Shown: piece by piece, positions 17,371-24,866 of the stretch
Position numbering within the stretch: position 1 is the first letter of the stretch
How the letters are laid out: each line of letters starts with the position of its first letter
NCBI GenBank assembly: GCA_000025185.1
Contig: CP001848.1
Location: 1,290,001 to 1,322,000, forward strand
Origin: Pirellula staleyi DSM 6068
GTDB lineage: Bacteria > Planctomycetota > Planctomycetia > Pirellulales > Pirellulaceae
Direction of reading: 5' to 3'
Length of the DNA: 32,000 nucleotides
Position numbers and translations under genes: made by a program
Notes under the pieces: model-generated
The model's input: the letters and a program-made list of their open reading frames with translations, nothing else
Databases searched by the model: none
What the model was told of the DNA's origin: nothing

Positions 17371-20296
17371 TATCTACCCTGCACCTGGTGAGAGAGATCT
17401 CATCGGTAGTGCACTCTCGGTTCAATCCGCCGACATGGGCCTCGGTCAGCTGGCGGTTAGCGCCGCGCGCGGCTTTCTCGTGGAAGGGAATCTCGACCAG
17501 TCGCAAGTCGACCGTTTGTCGAAAGAACTCCTCACCGATCTGGCGGTCGAAACACCCCTCGTCGGCCAAGTGGGAGACGCGCATCTCAGCCGCCATCCAG
17601 CGGGGATTGCGATCGACAGCCAGCTCACGCAGCTGGTCTATGTCCTCCCGAAGCCGGGCGTGACCGATCCGGTGGCGGAAAGTACGCTCCGAGCGATCGC
17701 CGATTTCGGCTTCGATGCGAAAGCGGTCGTCACGCTGCGCAAGTACTGGCTACCGCAGCTCGACCCAGCGCGGCTTGAGCTGCTGTGCAAAAAGCTGCTG
17801 GCTAACGAGTCGATCGAGCGTGTGATTGTTGGTCCGCTGACGATCGACACCATTTCGATCGGCAGCAGCACACCGTTTCAACTCGTCCACGCGCCGATTC
17901 GCGATCTGTCAGACGAACAACTTGTCAAGCTGAGCAAAGACAACACGCTCAGTCTAACGCTCGTCGAGATGCAGACGATTCAGCAGCACTTCCGTGATTT
18001 GGGGCGCGAGCCGACCGATGCGGAGCTCGAATCGGTCGCTCAAACCTGGAGCGAGCATTGCAGTCATAAGACATTGGCCGGCATGGTCCGTTATCGCGAT
18101 GAGAACGGCGAGCGTGTGTTTAAGAGCATGCTCAAAGAGACGATTTTCGCTGCCACGCAGCAGCTCCGCAAATCGTGGGGCGACAGCGATTGGTGCGTGA
18201 GTGTGTTTCGCGACAATGCCGGGATCGTGACGTTTAGCGACGATTATCACGTCGCGTTCAAAGTCGAAACGCACAACCGACCTTCGGCGATCGAGCCTTA
18301 TGGTGGCGCGAATACGGGTGTCGGCGGTGTGATTCGCGACACGCTGGGGACGGGTCTCGGCGCGAAGCCACTTTGCAACACCGATGTGTTTTGCTTTGCC
18401 GATCCGAGCACGCCGGTCGAAGAACTCCCGCCAGGTGTGCTCCATCCGCGGCGCATCATGCGCGGCGTGGTGGCTGGCGTGCGGGACTACGGCAATCGGA
18501 TGGGGATTCCGACGGTCAACGGCGCACTCTATTTCGATCGTCGCTATGTCGGCAATCCGCTCGTTTTCTGCGGCAACGTGGGCCTGGTGCCCAAAGACAA
18601 AGCGTTCAAAGAGACACAGCCGGGCGACTTGATTGTGGCGATGGGTGGCCGCACGGGTCGCGATGGCATTCACGGCGCGACGTTCAGCAGCGTCGAGCTG
18701 ACGAGCCAAAGCGAAAAGGTCTCGGGCGGTGCGGTGCAGATTGGCAACGCGATTACCGAAAAGATGGTGCTCGACGTGCTGCTGCGAGCCCGCGACGAAG
18801 AGCTGTTCACCGCCGTGACCGACTGCGGCGCAGGTGGCTTCTCGAGCGCCGTGGGGGAGATGGGGGCCGATATCGGCGCGGAAGTGTGGCTCGATCGCTG
18901 CCCGCTGAAGTACGACGGTCTCACCTACACCGAAGTCTGGATCAGCGAAGCGCAAGAGCGGATGGTCCTGTCGGTTCCCGAAGAGAAATGGCCGCAGCTC
19001 GAAGCCCTTTGCAAGAGCGAAGATGTCGAAGCGACGGTGATCGGACGCTTCACTCCCACCGGTCGGTTGAAGCTGAAGTATGCCGAGCATGAAGTCGCCG
19101 ACATTGCGATGGAGTTTCTGCACGAAGGGCGTCCGAAGGTCGAGCGATTGGCGACCTATCAGCCCGCGGCTGTCGAGCCCGTTTCGCTCCCGGCGATCGA
19201 TCACAATCAAGTCCTCACGGCGCTGCTGGGCGAGCTGAACATTGCCAGCAAAGAGTGGGTGATTCGTCAGTACGATCACGAAGTGCAAGCTGGCAGCGTC
19301 ATCAAGCCACTCACTGGCGCCCAGAACGACGGACCAAGCGATGCGGCGGTGATTCGCCCCGTCCTTGGTCTTCGCAAAGGACTTGTGATCGCCAACGGCA
19401 TGAACCCGAAGCTGGGGGATCTCGACACCTACGACATGGCAGCCGCTTCGATCGACGAAGCAGTTCGCAACTGTGTTGCTGTGGGTGCCGATCCATCGAA
19501 AATCGCGATCCTCGACAACTTCTGCTGGGGCTATACCGACCGACCCGAAACGCTCGGCTCGCTCACCCGCGCTGCGATTGCTTGCCAGGATGTGGCGCTC
19601 GCTTTGGGAACGCCTTTCATCAGCGGCAAAGACAGCCTCAATAACGAATACAGTTATTTCGATTCCGAGGGGAAACGCGTCACAATTTCGATCCCCCCGA
19701 CGCTCTTAATCTCCGCCATGGCGCAGGTCGACGACGTGGCGAAGTGCGTGACGATGGACTTCAAAGAAGCGGGCAACTTGATCTATCAAGTCGGGCTCAC
19801 GAAGGCTGAACTGGCGGGCTCGCATCTCGAGCTCGTTACCGGCACCAAAATCGGCGGTAACTGGCCGAAGCTCGATTTGGCGATCGCCGGAAAGATCTAC
19901 GCTGCTGTCCACGCCGCGATTCAAAAAGGTTATGTGCGAGCCTGTCACGACATCAGTGAGGGTGGGCTGGCGGTCGCGATTGCCGAGATGGCTTTCGCTG
20001 GCGATCTCGGGGCGCATGTCCGTTTGGCCGATGTTCCGCTCGACGACACGATCACCGATCCCGCTTTGCGAATGGCGACCGCTCTCTACAGCGAATCGTG
20101 CACACGGTTTGTTTTGGAAGTGCCGGCCGACAAGCAAGGGTCGCTCGAAGAACTGCTCGCCGGTGTGCCGTTTGCCGCGCTCGGTCGCGTGATGCCTGCC
20201 AAGCGTGTCAGCTTTGCTGCTCCGGGTGGCGCCCTGGCAATCGATCACGATCTCGGCACGCTCAAACGCGCCTGGCAACAGCCCCTGGCATGGTAA
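17351..20296 (+). CDS. purL: Phosphoribosylformylglycinamidine synthase subunit PurL with two N-terminal PurS-like modules (PurS-PurS-PurL fusion)
   Basis: Has the SEHCSHKT motif, VETHNRPSAIEPYGGA, and the GGRTGRDGIHGATFSS and DCGAGGFSSAVGEM blocks. The N-terminal ~200 aa contain two PurS-like units ending SKELLTDLAVE and CKKLLANESIERV. The start is uncertain: GTG 17351 gives a 20-nt overlap with tyrA, ATG 17306 a 65-nt overlap. Confidence 0.9.
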   Translation: MTLWEVDIYPAPGERDLIGSALSVQSADMGLGQLAVSAARGFLVEGNLDQSQVDRLSKELLTDLAVETPLVGQVGDAHLSRHPAGIAIDSQLTQLVYVLPKPGVTDPVAESTLRAIADFGFDAKAVVTLRKYWLPQLDPARLELLCKKLLANESIERVIVGPLTIDTISIGSSTPFQLVHAPIRDLSDEQLVKLSKDNTLSLTLVEMQTIQQHFRDLGREPTDAELESVAQTWSEHCSHKTLAGMVRYRDENGERVFKSMLKETIFAATQQLRKSWGDSDWCVSVFRDNAGIVTFSDDYHVAFKVETHNRPSAIEPYGGANTGVGGVIRDTLGTGLGAKPLCNTDVFCFADPSTPVEELPPGVLHPRRIMRGVVAGVRDYGNRMGIPTVNGALYFDRRYVGNPLVFCGNVGLVPKDKAFKETQPGDLIVAMGGRTGRDGIHGATFSSVELTSQSEKVSGGAVQIGNAITEKMVLDVLLRARDEELFTAVTDCGAGGFSSAVGEMGADIGAEVWLDRCPLKYDGLTYTEVWISEAQERMVLSVPEEKWPQLEALCKSEDVEATVIGRFTPTGRLKLKYAEHEVADIAMEFLHEGRPKVERLATYQPAAVEPVSLPAIDHNQVLTALLGELNIASKEWVIRQYDHEVQAGSVIKPLTGAQNDGPSDAAVIRPVLGLRKGLVIANGMNPKLGDLDTYDMAAASIDEAVRNCVAVGADPSKIAILDNFCWGYTDRPETLGSLTRAAIACQDVALALGTPFISGKDSLNNEYSYFDSEGKRVTISIPPTLLISAMAQVDDVAKCVTMDFKEAGNLIYQVGLTKAELAGSHLELVTGTKIGGNWPKLDLAIAGKIYAAVHAAIQKGYVRACHDISEGGLAVAIAEMAFAGDLGAHVRLADVPLDDTITDPALRMATALYSESCTRFVLEVPADKQGSLEELLAGVPFAALGRVMPAKRVSFAAPGGALAIDHDLGTLKRAWQQPLAW

Positions 20297-20297
20297 C

Positions 20298-20343
20298 CGT
20301 AGGGCAGGCACCCGCCTCCCCTTTGTAGGGCCGGTTCCACCGG
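20298..20343 (+). repeat. Two tandem GTAGG-headed hairpins directly after the purL stop
   Basis: GTAGGGCAGGCacccGCCTCCCC is imperfect. GTAG-GGCCGGT-tcc-ACCGGCC has a 7-bp perfect stem. Confidence 0.5.
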
Positions 20344-20357
20344 CCAATGGTAGTGGT

Positions 20358-20456
20358 CCGTCTAGCGATCCATGTCAGGCAAAACGGGGTGGCTACTAGC
20401 TGGCTTGTCCAGCAGTGTGAACCGCAGCTGAGGATGACATTAACCGATAGACGAAG
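20358..20456 (+). repeat. ~100-bp dispersed element, left copy of the inverted pair bracketing purQ
   Basis: By hand alignment, ~80% of positions match the reverse complement of 21413-21509. The core CGTCTAGC.ATC.ATGTCAGGCAAAACGGGGTGGC...GCTGGCTTGTCCAGCAGTGTGA is near-identical. Confidence 0.7.
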
Positions 20457-20569
20457 TTTGTAGGTCAGGTAAGAGCGTACCTGACACCAGCTGAATCAAC
20501 CGATCACTGAGCTTGCACAGCCTTTCAAGTAACCAAGACGTTTGTCAGGTGCTCCTTACCTGACCTACA
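20457..20569. repeat. MITE-like 113-bp unit with 16-nt perfect terminal inverted repeats built from GTAGG hairpins
   Basis: The left end is TTGTAGGTCAGGTAAG (20457-20472). The right end CTTACCTGACCTACAA (20554-20569) is its exact reverse complement. Each end folds as a GTCAGGT(A)/(T)ACCTGAC hairpin. Confidence 0.6.
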
Positions 20570-20602
20570 AGAACACAATTCCGTAACACGACTGGCGAAG
20601 CG

Positions 20603-21367
20603 ATGAAGCCTCGAGCCTTAATCCTGCGAGCACCTGGCACCAACTGCGACAACGATGCGGCCTACGCATTTGAGAAAGCAGGGGCTGCGAGCACGCTCGT
20701 GCATGTGAATCGATTGCTCGAAAACCCGCAACAAGCAGCCGACTATCAAATCCTCTGCCTCCCGGGTGGTTTCAGCTACGGCGATGATATCGCTGCTGGA
20801 CGGATCCTCGGCAACCTCATCCGCCACCATCTCCGCGACGTGATGGAAGAGTTCAAAGCGGCTGGCAAGTTGATCCTCGGGATCTGCAACGGCTTTCAGA
20901 TTCTGATTAAGAGCGGGATGCTTTTGCCCGATCAGCCCGACGCTCCGCAGGCCACCCTCACGCTCAACGACAGTGGCAAATTCGAATGCCGCTGGGTGAA
21001 TCTCCAAGTTGCCTCGAGCAAGTGCGTGATGCTGGCCGGTATCGAGTCGATGTACCTGCCGATCGCTCATGCCGAGGGGAAATTCGTCGCCACCAGCACG
21101 GAGATTCTCGAGTCGCTCGACGCCGCCGGTCAATTGGTTCTCCGCTACCAGCAGCCTGGCGCCAGCGAGGTGGCCTACCCCTTCAATCCCAACGGTGCCC
21201 AGCGCAACGTGGCGGGGATTTGCGACACCACCGGTCGTGTCTTTGGCCTGATGCCCCACCCCGAGCGTCACATCGACCTGACGCATCATCCCCGCTGGAC
21301 CCGCGAACAGCACGACCGCCCCGACGGCCTCGCCGTCTTCGAAAACGCCGTCCGCTACTTCGCCTAA
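20603..21367 (+). CDS. purQ: Phosphoribosylformylglycinamidine synthase, glutamine amidotransferase subunit PurQ
   Basis: Has LPGGFSYGDD, the nucleophile-Cys block LGICNGFQIL, HAEGKF and MPHPER motifs. Confidence 0.95.
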   Translation: MKPRALILRAPGTNCDNDAAYAFEKAGAASTLVHVNRLLENPQQAADYQILCLPGGFSYGDDIAAGRILGNLIRHHLRDVMEEFKAAGKLILGICNGFQILIKSGMLLPDQPDAPQATLTLNDSGKFECRWVNLQVASSKCVMLAGIESMYLPIAHAEGKFVATSTEILESLDAAGQLVLRYQQPGASEVAYPFNPNGAQRNVAGICDTTGRVFGLMPHPERHIDLTHHPRWTREQHDRPDGLAVFENAVRYFA

Positions 21368-21412
21368 GCGAAGAGGCCGGGAGCTAGAGGCTAGGGCAGA
21401 TCATCTTGTAGT

Positions 21413-21509
21413 ACTTCGTCTAGCCATTAATGTCCTCCTAATTCGAGCCTCACACTGCTGGACAAGCCAGCAGTGCCACCCCGTTTTGCCTGACATTGAT
21501 TGCTAGACG
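21413..21509 (-). repeat. ~100-bp dispersed element, right (inverted) copy bracketing purQ
   Basis: The reverse complement aligns with 20358-20456 (see that feature). Confidence 0.7.
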
Positions 21510-21514
21510 AACTA

Positions 21515-21543
21515 GTAGGTCAGGTGCCCGCAGGGAACCTGAC
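21515..21543 (+). repeat. GTAGG-headed REP-like hairpin
   Basis: GTAG-GTCAGGT-gcccgcaggga-ACCTGAC, with an inner CCC/GGG extension. Confidence 0.6.
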
Positions 21544-21736
21544 GGGAGTTAGGTTACCACACTCAAGAATCGGCGCCCCTCTCCTCGTGCGACGTGCACC
21601 CGGGTGGCTCGTCCCGTTGGGTGCCATGCTTGACCGACGAAGTGCATAGCACGAAGAAGGACAAGCATGTGAAGCGCAAGATAGCAAAGCACATCACCCG
21701 CTCCTGCTACTACGCACCCGGCGCTAGCAATAATTC

Positions 21737-21964
21737 TCATAGATACGGTGCGACCATCTTCAAGAACTCATTACACGCCTCCTCCTCGGTAGCAAAGGTC
21801 TTCAATCCAGATCTTAAACCCCATTCACTGTAATAAGTCTGCCATACGCCGTCGCTCGTGTGTTCTATGCAAAAAGCCTCGGCCGGAAGGCCGCCAGTTA
21901 AACTATATGATTCTGGTGGCAGTGCACTTCTTCTCAGTTTTTCATTCAGTTCGGAAAGATTCAC
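21737..21964 (-). CDS. Small hypothetical protein (75 aa), GTG start
   Basis: The only possible start is GTG 21964; an in-frame TGA lies 7 codons upstream. A GAGGAG Shine-Dalgarno sits 7 nt before it. The globular-looking sequence has an ...YYSEWGLRSGLKTFATEEEACNEFL tail. GC is lower than in neighbouring genes. Confidence 0.55.
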   Translation of the reverse strand: MNLSELNEKLRRSALPPESYSLTGGLPAEAFCIEHTSDGVWQTYYSEWGLRSGLKTFATEEEACNEFLKMVAPYL

Positions 21965-22157
21965 TGTATAACTCCTCGATAGCGTTCATTCACTTGAACC
22001 CTCTTTCCAGCCCTCGCCCTATGCCATGCTCCCCCTAGCGAAGCTGTTGGAGCGTGCAGTTGGCTGCTCTATTTCGCGAGTGGTTGCTTCTCTTCTACCC
22101 AAGCTCTACAAACGGGGGAACGACCGACGTTTTTAAGCGAAAGATTAAGGGGGATGA

Positions 22158-23012
22158 ATGAACGAGGATGACCCCATCGCAGCAGTTTCCAATGTCGGCG
22201 AGGATCGCCAAAAGTTTCTGTTAGGGGGTGCGGTTTATGCACATCTGGTAACAACGGTGCTCGTGGTCATTGGTTCGGCACTGCTGCCCCTCGGGAAGGT
22301 AACAGGAGAACTGCCCTTGGGTCTGGTCGAAGCGGGCGCTACAGGGGCAATGTTTGGAATCGGCCTCATGGTACCACTTTGCATCGCGTACGGTCCCAAA
22401 AGTTTGATGGTGCGACTATCGATTGTGATGGCCATCGTACTCGTCCTTCTGTCAATTACCGGTTTCTGGCAAAGCACTAGATCGAGATGGCTCATCGAGC
22501 TGACTCATATTCATATAGCGCTATTGGAAGCGACAGCTCTCTTCTACGCTTTTCGCGTTGCTGGATTACAGCTCTATCGAGAGACCAGTACTGCTGACAA
22601 GCCGGCGAACTCCGGGTTCTCAATTGCAGCCCTCATGGAACTGACGTTGGTCGTGGCTGTCATCTTTGGTCTGCAGCGTTATCGTGTCTTCCAAGGTGAA
22701 ACAGGGCCATGGCAATTGCACCTCTTTGTTCCTGGATTTGCCCTGATCGCCACACTACCGTGTGCCCTGTGGCTGTTTAGTTTCAAGAGTGTTCTGCGAC
22801 GCTTTTTTCTGGTCTATGGCGTGATGGCAGTTCTGACGGCGATTGTTTTGACGACCGCCGCCTACAACCCACAGCTTGTTCCCGGGCGGTTCTCATCGAT
22901 TGAAATGCAGCAGTACTGTGTACTGATATCGACAACCTGCTCGGTCCTATCGATCTTCATGCTCATCCTGCGGTTCAATCGCTACAGACTTCGCTGGGGT
23001 TGGTGCTCCTAG
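22158..23012 (+). CDS. Hypothetical polytopic membrane protein (284 aa)
   Basis: AAGGGGG lies just upstream of the ATG. There are about 7-8 hydrophobic segments and no recognisable catalytic motif. GC is ~47% in the stretch I counted. Confidence 0.7.
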   Translation: MNEDDPIAAVSNVGEDRQKFLLGGAVYAHLVTTVLVVIGSALLPLGKVTGELPLGLVEAGATGAMFGIGLMVPLCIAYGPKSLMVRLSIVMAIVLVLLSITGFWQSTRSRWLIELTHIHIALLEATALFYAFRVAGLQLYRETSTADKPANSGFSIAALMELTLVVAVIFGLQRYRVFQGETGPWQLHLFVPGFALIATLPCALWLFSFKSVLRRFFLVYGVMAVLTAIVLTTAAYNPQLVPGRFSSIEMQQYCVLISTTCSVLSIFMLILRFNRYRLRWGWCS

Positions 23013-23135
23013 GAAACCAGCCCCTTGTAGTCGAAGACGCGGGGAAGCTGTGTTGAACTGCTGATAGCGCACGCATCCAGGGTCGGGAAGTGCGCTGCGG
23101 TTTGTGCGCGAGAGTCGCGGAAAAGCGAGGTTCAG

Positions 23136-23173
23136 CATGCTCCTGCTGCTAAAGCGACAGGAGCATGGCACCC
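23136..23173 (+). repeat. REP hairpin copy 3
   Basis: CATGCTCCTG-ctgctaaagcga-CAGGAGCATG-GCACCC. Stem and tail are identical to copy 2; only the loop differs. Confidence 0.75.
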
Positions 23174-23250
23174 AGAGACCAGATCAAGGCACCCAGCGCT
23201 GTAGCCAAATGCCAGCTCAAGTAACCCAAATGCCAGCGCAAGGTAGCCGG
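23167..23250. repeat. Four degenerate tandem units with 21-bp period
   Basis: GGCACCCAG occurs at 23167 and 23188. AAATGCCAGC occurs at 23207 and 23228. Both pairs are offset by exactly 21 nt. Confidence 0.4.
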
Positions 23251-23340
23251 CTGGCTTAACACATCCGGCAGGCACATTATGGGTGGCGGCTGCCGGTGGA
23301 TGGATGCAGTTAGCGCTAAAGAGACAGCTGCGGGGCTGTG

Positions 23341-23778
23341 TTAGCTACCTTTGCCGTCGGCGGTGAGGCTGAAGTTGAGATCGCTCGCCGGGCCTTCGAT
23401 GTTGGCGCGGACTGGGCTGTGTTCGCGCGTGTTGTAGATCGGTGGGGTGATGGTCCGGAGGTCAGGGACCGTTCCGCTGTCGGCCACCCCTTCCAGCCGC
23501 AAACGCTCTCCCACCACTTTGCTGCCGATCACCATCACAATCTTCTTTCCGGGGAGCACACGGGCTTCGTACTTCCCATCTTTGATCACGCCGCCGCCGG
23601 TGGGGCCATCAGCCGCCTCTGACAGGAAGGTGATCGAACCGGTTTCAATCGGGTTGCCGTCGAGGGTCACGTTGCCGGTGACGATCACTTCCCCGGAACT
23701 ATCGCCGCAGCCAGCGATGGTGACGAGAAGGGCCAGACTGAAGCAGAGAGAGAGCCACCCGAGGCGCGAACAAGTCAT
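23341..23778 (-). CDS. Small lipoprotein with carboxypeptidase-regulatory-like (beta-sandwich) sequence character; partner of the DUF1559 gene
   Basis: Starting from ATG 23778: MTCSRLGWLSLCFSLALLVTIAGC (signal peptide plus lipobox IAGC), then VTGNVTLDGNPIETGSITF...GKYEARVLPGKK. The longer raw ORF (to 23964) has no support. Confidence 0.8.
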   Translation of the reverse strand: MTCSRLGWLSLCFSLALLVTIAGCGDSSGEVIVTGNVTLDGNPIETGSITFLSEAADGPTGGGVIKDGKYEARVLPGKKIVMVIGSKVVGERLRLEGVADSGTVPDLRTITPPIYNTREHSPVRANIEGPASDLNFSLTADGKGS

Positions 23779-23912
23779 AAAGCACGATCTTTGAGAAAAG
23801 GAGAGGCCAGCGTGAGGCCTCGCCCGATGGCAAAGCCTCGTCGATGACCCGATGAGAGGAGGCAGAGCGCAAGGTGGCTCTGCCGGGGAATCACGAACTC
23901 TATGCCGCGGGC

Positions 23913-24866
23913 TTAGGGAAGCTGCAGCGTCTCGGCACCTTTGGTCGACATAGCGGCGGCCCAAACGTTTTGAGCAACGGTGTTGGTGACGAAGCGGACC
24001 GAACCATCCATCATCCCCACCACCACGCCGTTGGGGTGCGAGCTACGTGCGGCAATGCGGTACTCGGTGTTCGCGCCGACAGGGGTGCAGGGCATGCGGC
24101 GGTAGTCACCGGTTCCAGGAGTGGTGGTCGAAGCTTTGCAAGCGCGGCACTGGTCGGGGCTCGACGAGTTAGGCGTGGTGATCGACATGAAGCCGGGGCT
24201 CCCTTCGTCGTTGAGGATGTCGCCACGGTTGTCGTCGAGTCCACCAGGCGAGGCGATCAGGATTTCCGAGAAGCCGACCGTGTTCGAGGTGCCGTCGGTG
24301 ATCGAGGCCATCGTGTAGGTGTGGCGGATGCCGTAAGGAGAGCCCGAGTAGATCGCTTGATCGGAGGCGTTTTGGTGCAGATGGGTGTTACCAAAGTTGC
24401 CAACGTAGTTGCCCATCACGCGCCAGTAGGTGTCGGTTTGAGCCTGGGTAGCGCGACCTTTGTCCGAAGGGCAGCTGTAGAGCGGGCTGTGAACCCGGAG
24501 TGTCTGGATGTTGTTCGCGCTATGGAAGGGCTCGGTCAGGATGTACTGGCTGTACAAGCTGGTTTGCTCGATGAACGGCCACAGCAGCACGTGCCAGGTG
24601 ATGCGCTGGTAGGTCTGGCCGTTTTCCACGGTCCCCAGCGAGTTCATGCCACCAATCGGGAGAAAGCCGCTGTTGGTGTCGGCAAAGTTGTGGCTGGCGA
24701 GCGACCACTGCTTGACCTTGTTGGTGCAGTCCATGCGTCGGGCTGCTTCGCGGGCAGCTTGAACGGCTGGCAACAGCAAAGCCACCAGCACTCCGATGAT
24801 CGCAATCACCACCAACAATTCCACCAGGGTGAACCCACGGCGTTGGCTGTTTCGGTCCCGTAACAT
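23913..24866 (-). CDS. DUF1559 / H-X9-DG protein with a type IV pilin-like (prepilin cleavage/methylation) N-terminus
   Basis: Starting from ATG 24866 (AGAGG SD-like 5 nt upstream): [36 protein letters not shown]. The C-terminal [16 protein letters not shown] contains H-X9-DG. Confidence 0.9.
   Translation of the reverse strand: MLRDRNSQRRGFTLVELLVVIAIIGVLVALLLPAVQAAREAARRMDCTNKVKQWSLASHNFADTNSGFLPIGGMNSLGTVENGQTYQRITWHVLLWPFIEQTSLYSQYILTEPFHSANNIQTLRVHSPLYSCPSDKGRATQAQTDTYWRVMGNYVGNFGNTHLHQNASDQAIYSGSPYGIRHTYTMASITDGTSNTVGFSEILIASPGGLDDNRGDILNDEGSPGFMSITTPNSSSPDQCRACKASTTTPGTGDYRRMPCTPVGANTEYRIAARSSHPNGVVVGMMDGSVRFVTNTVAQNVWAAAMSTKGAETLQLP

Noticed and set aside
15579-23173. Three copies of the same 37-nt palindromic repeat, considered as a possible CRISPR array.
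   Set aside because: The copies are 0.7 kb and 6.8 kb apart and in mixed orientation. There are no regular spacers and no cas genes. The association with a RAYT gene identifies them as REP elements.
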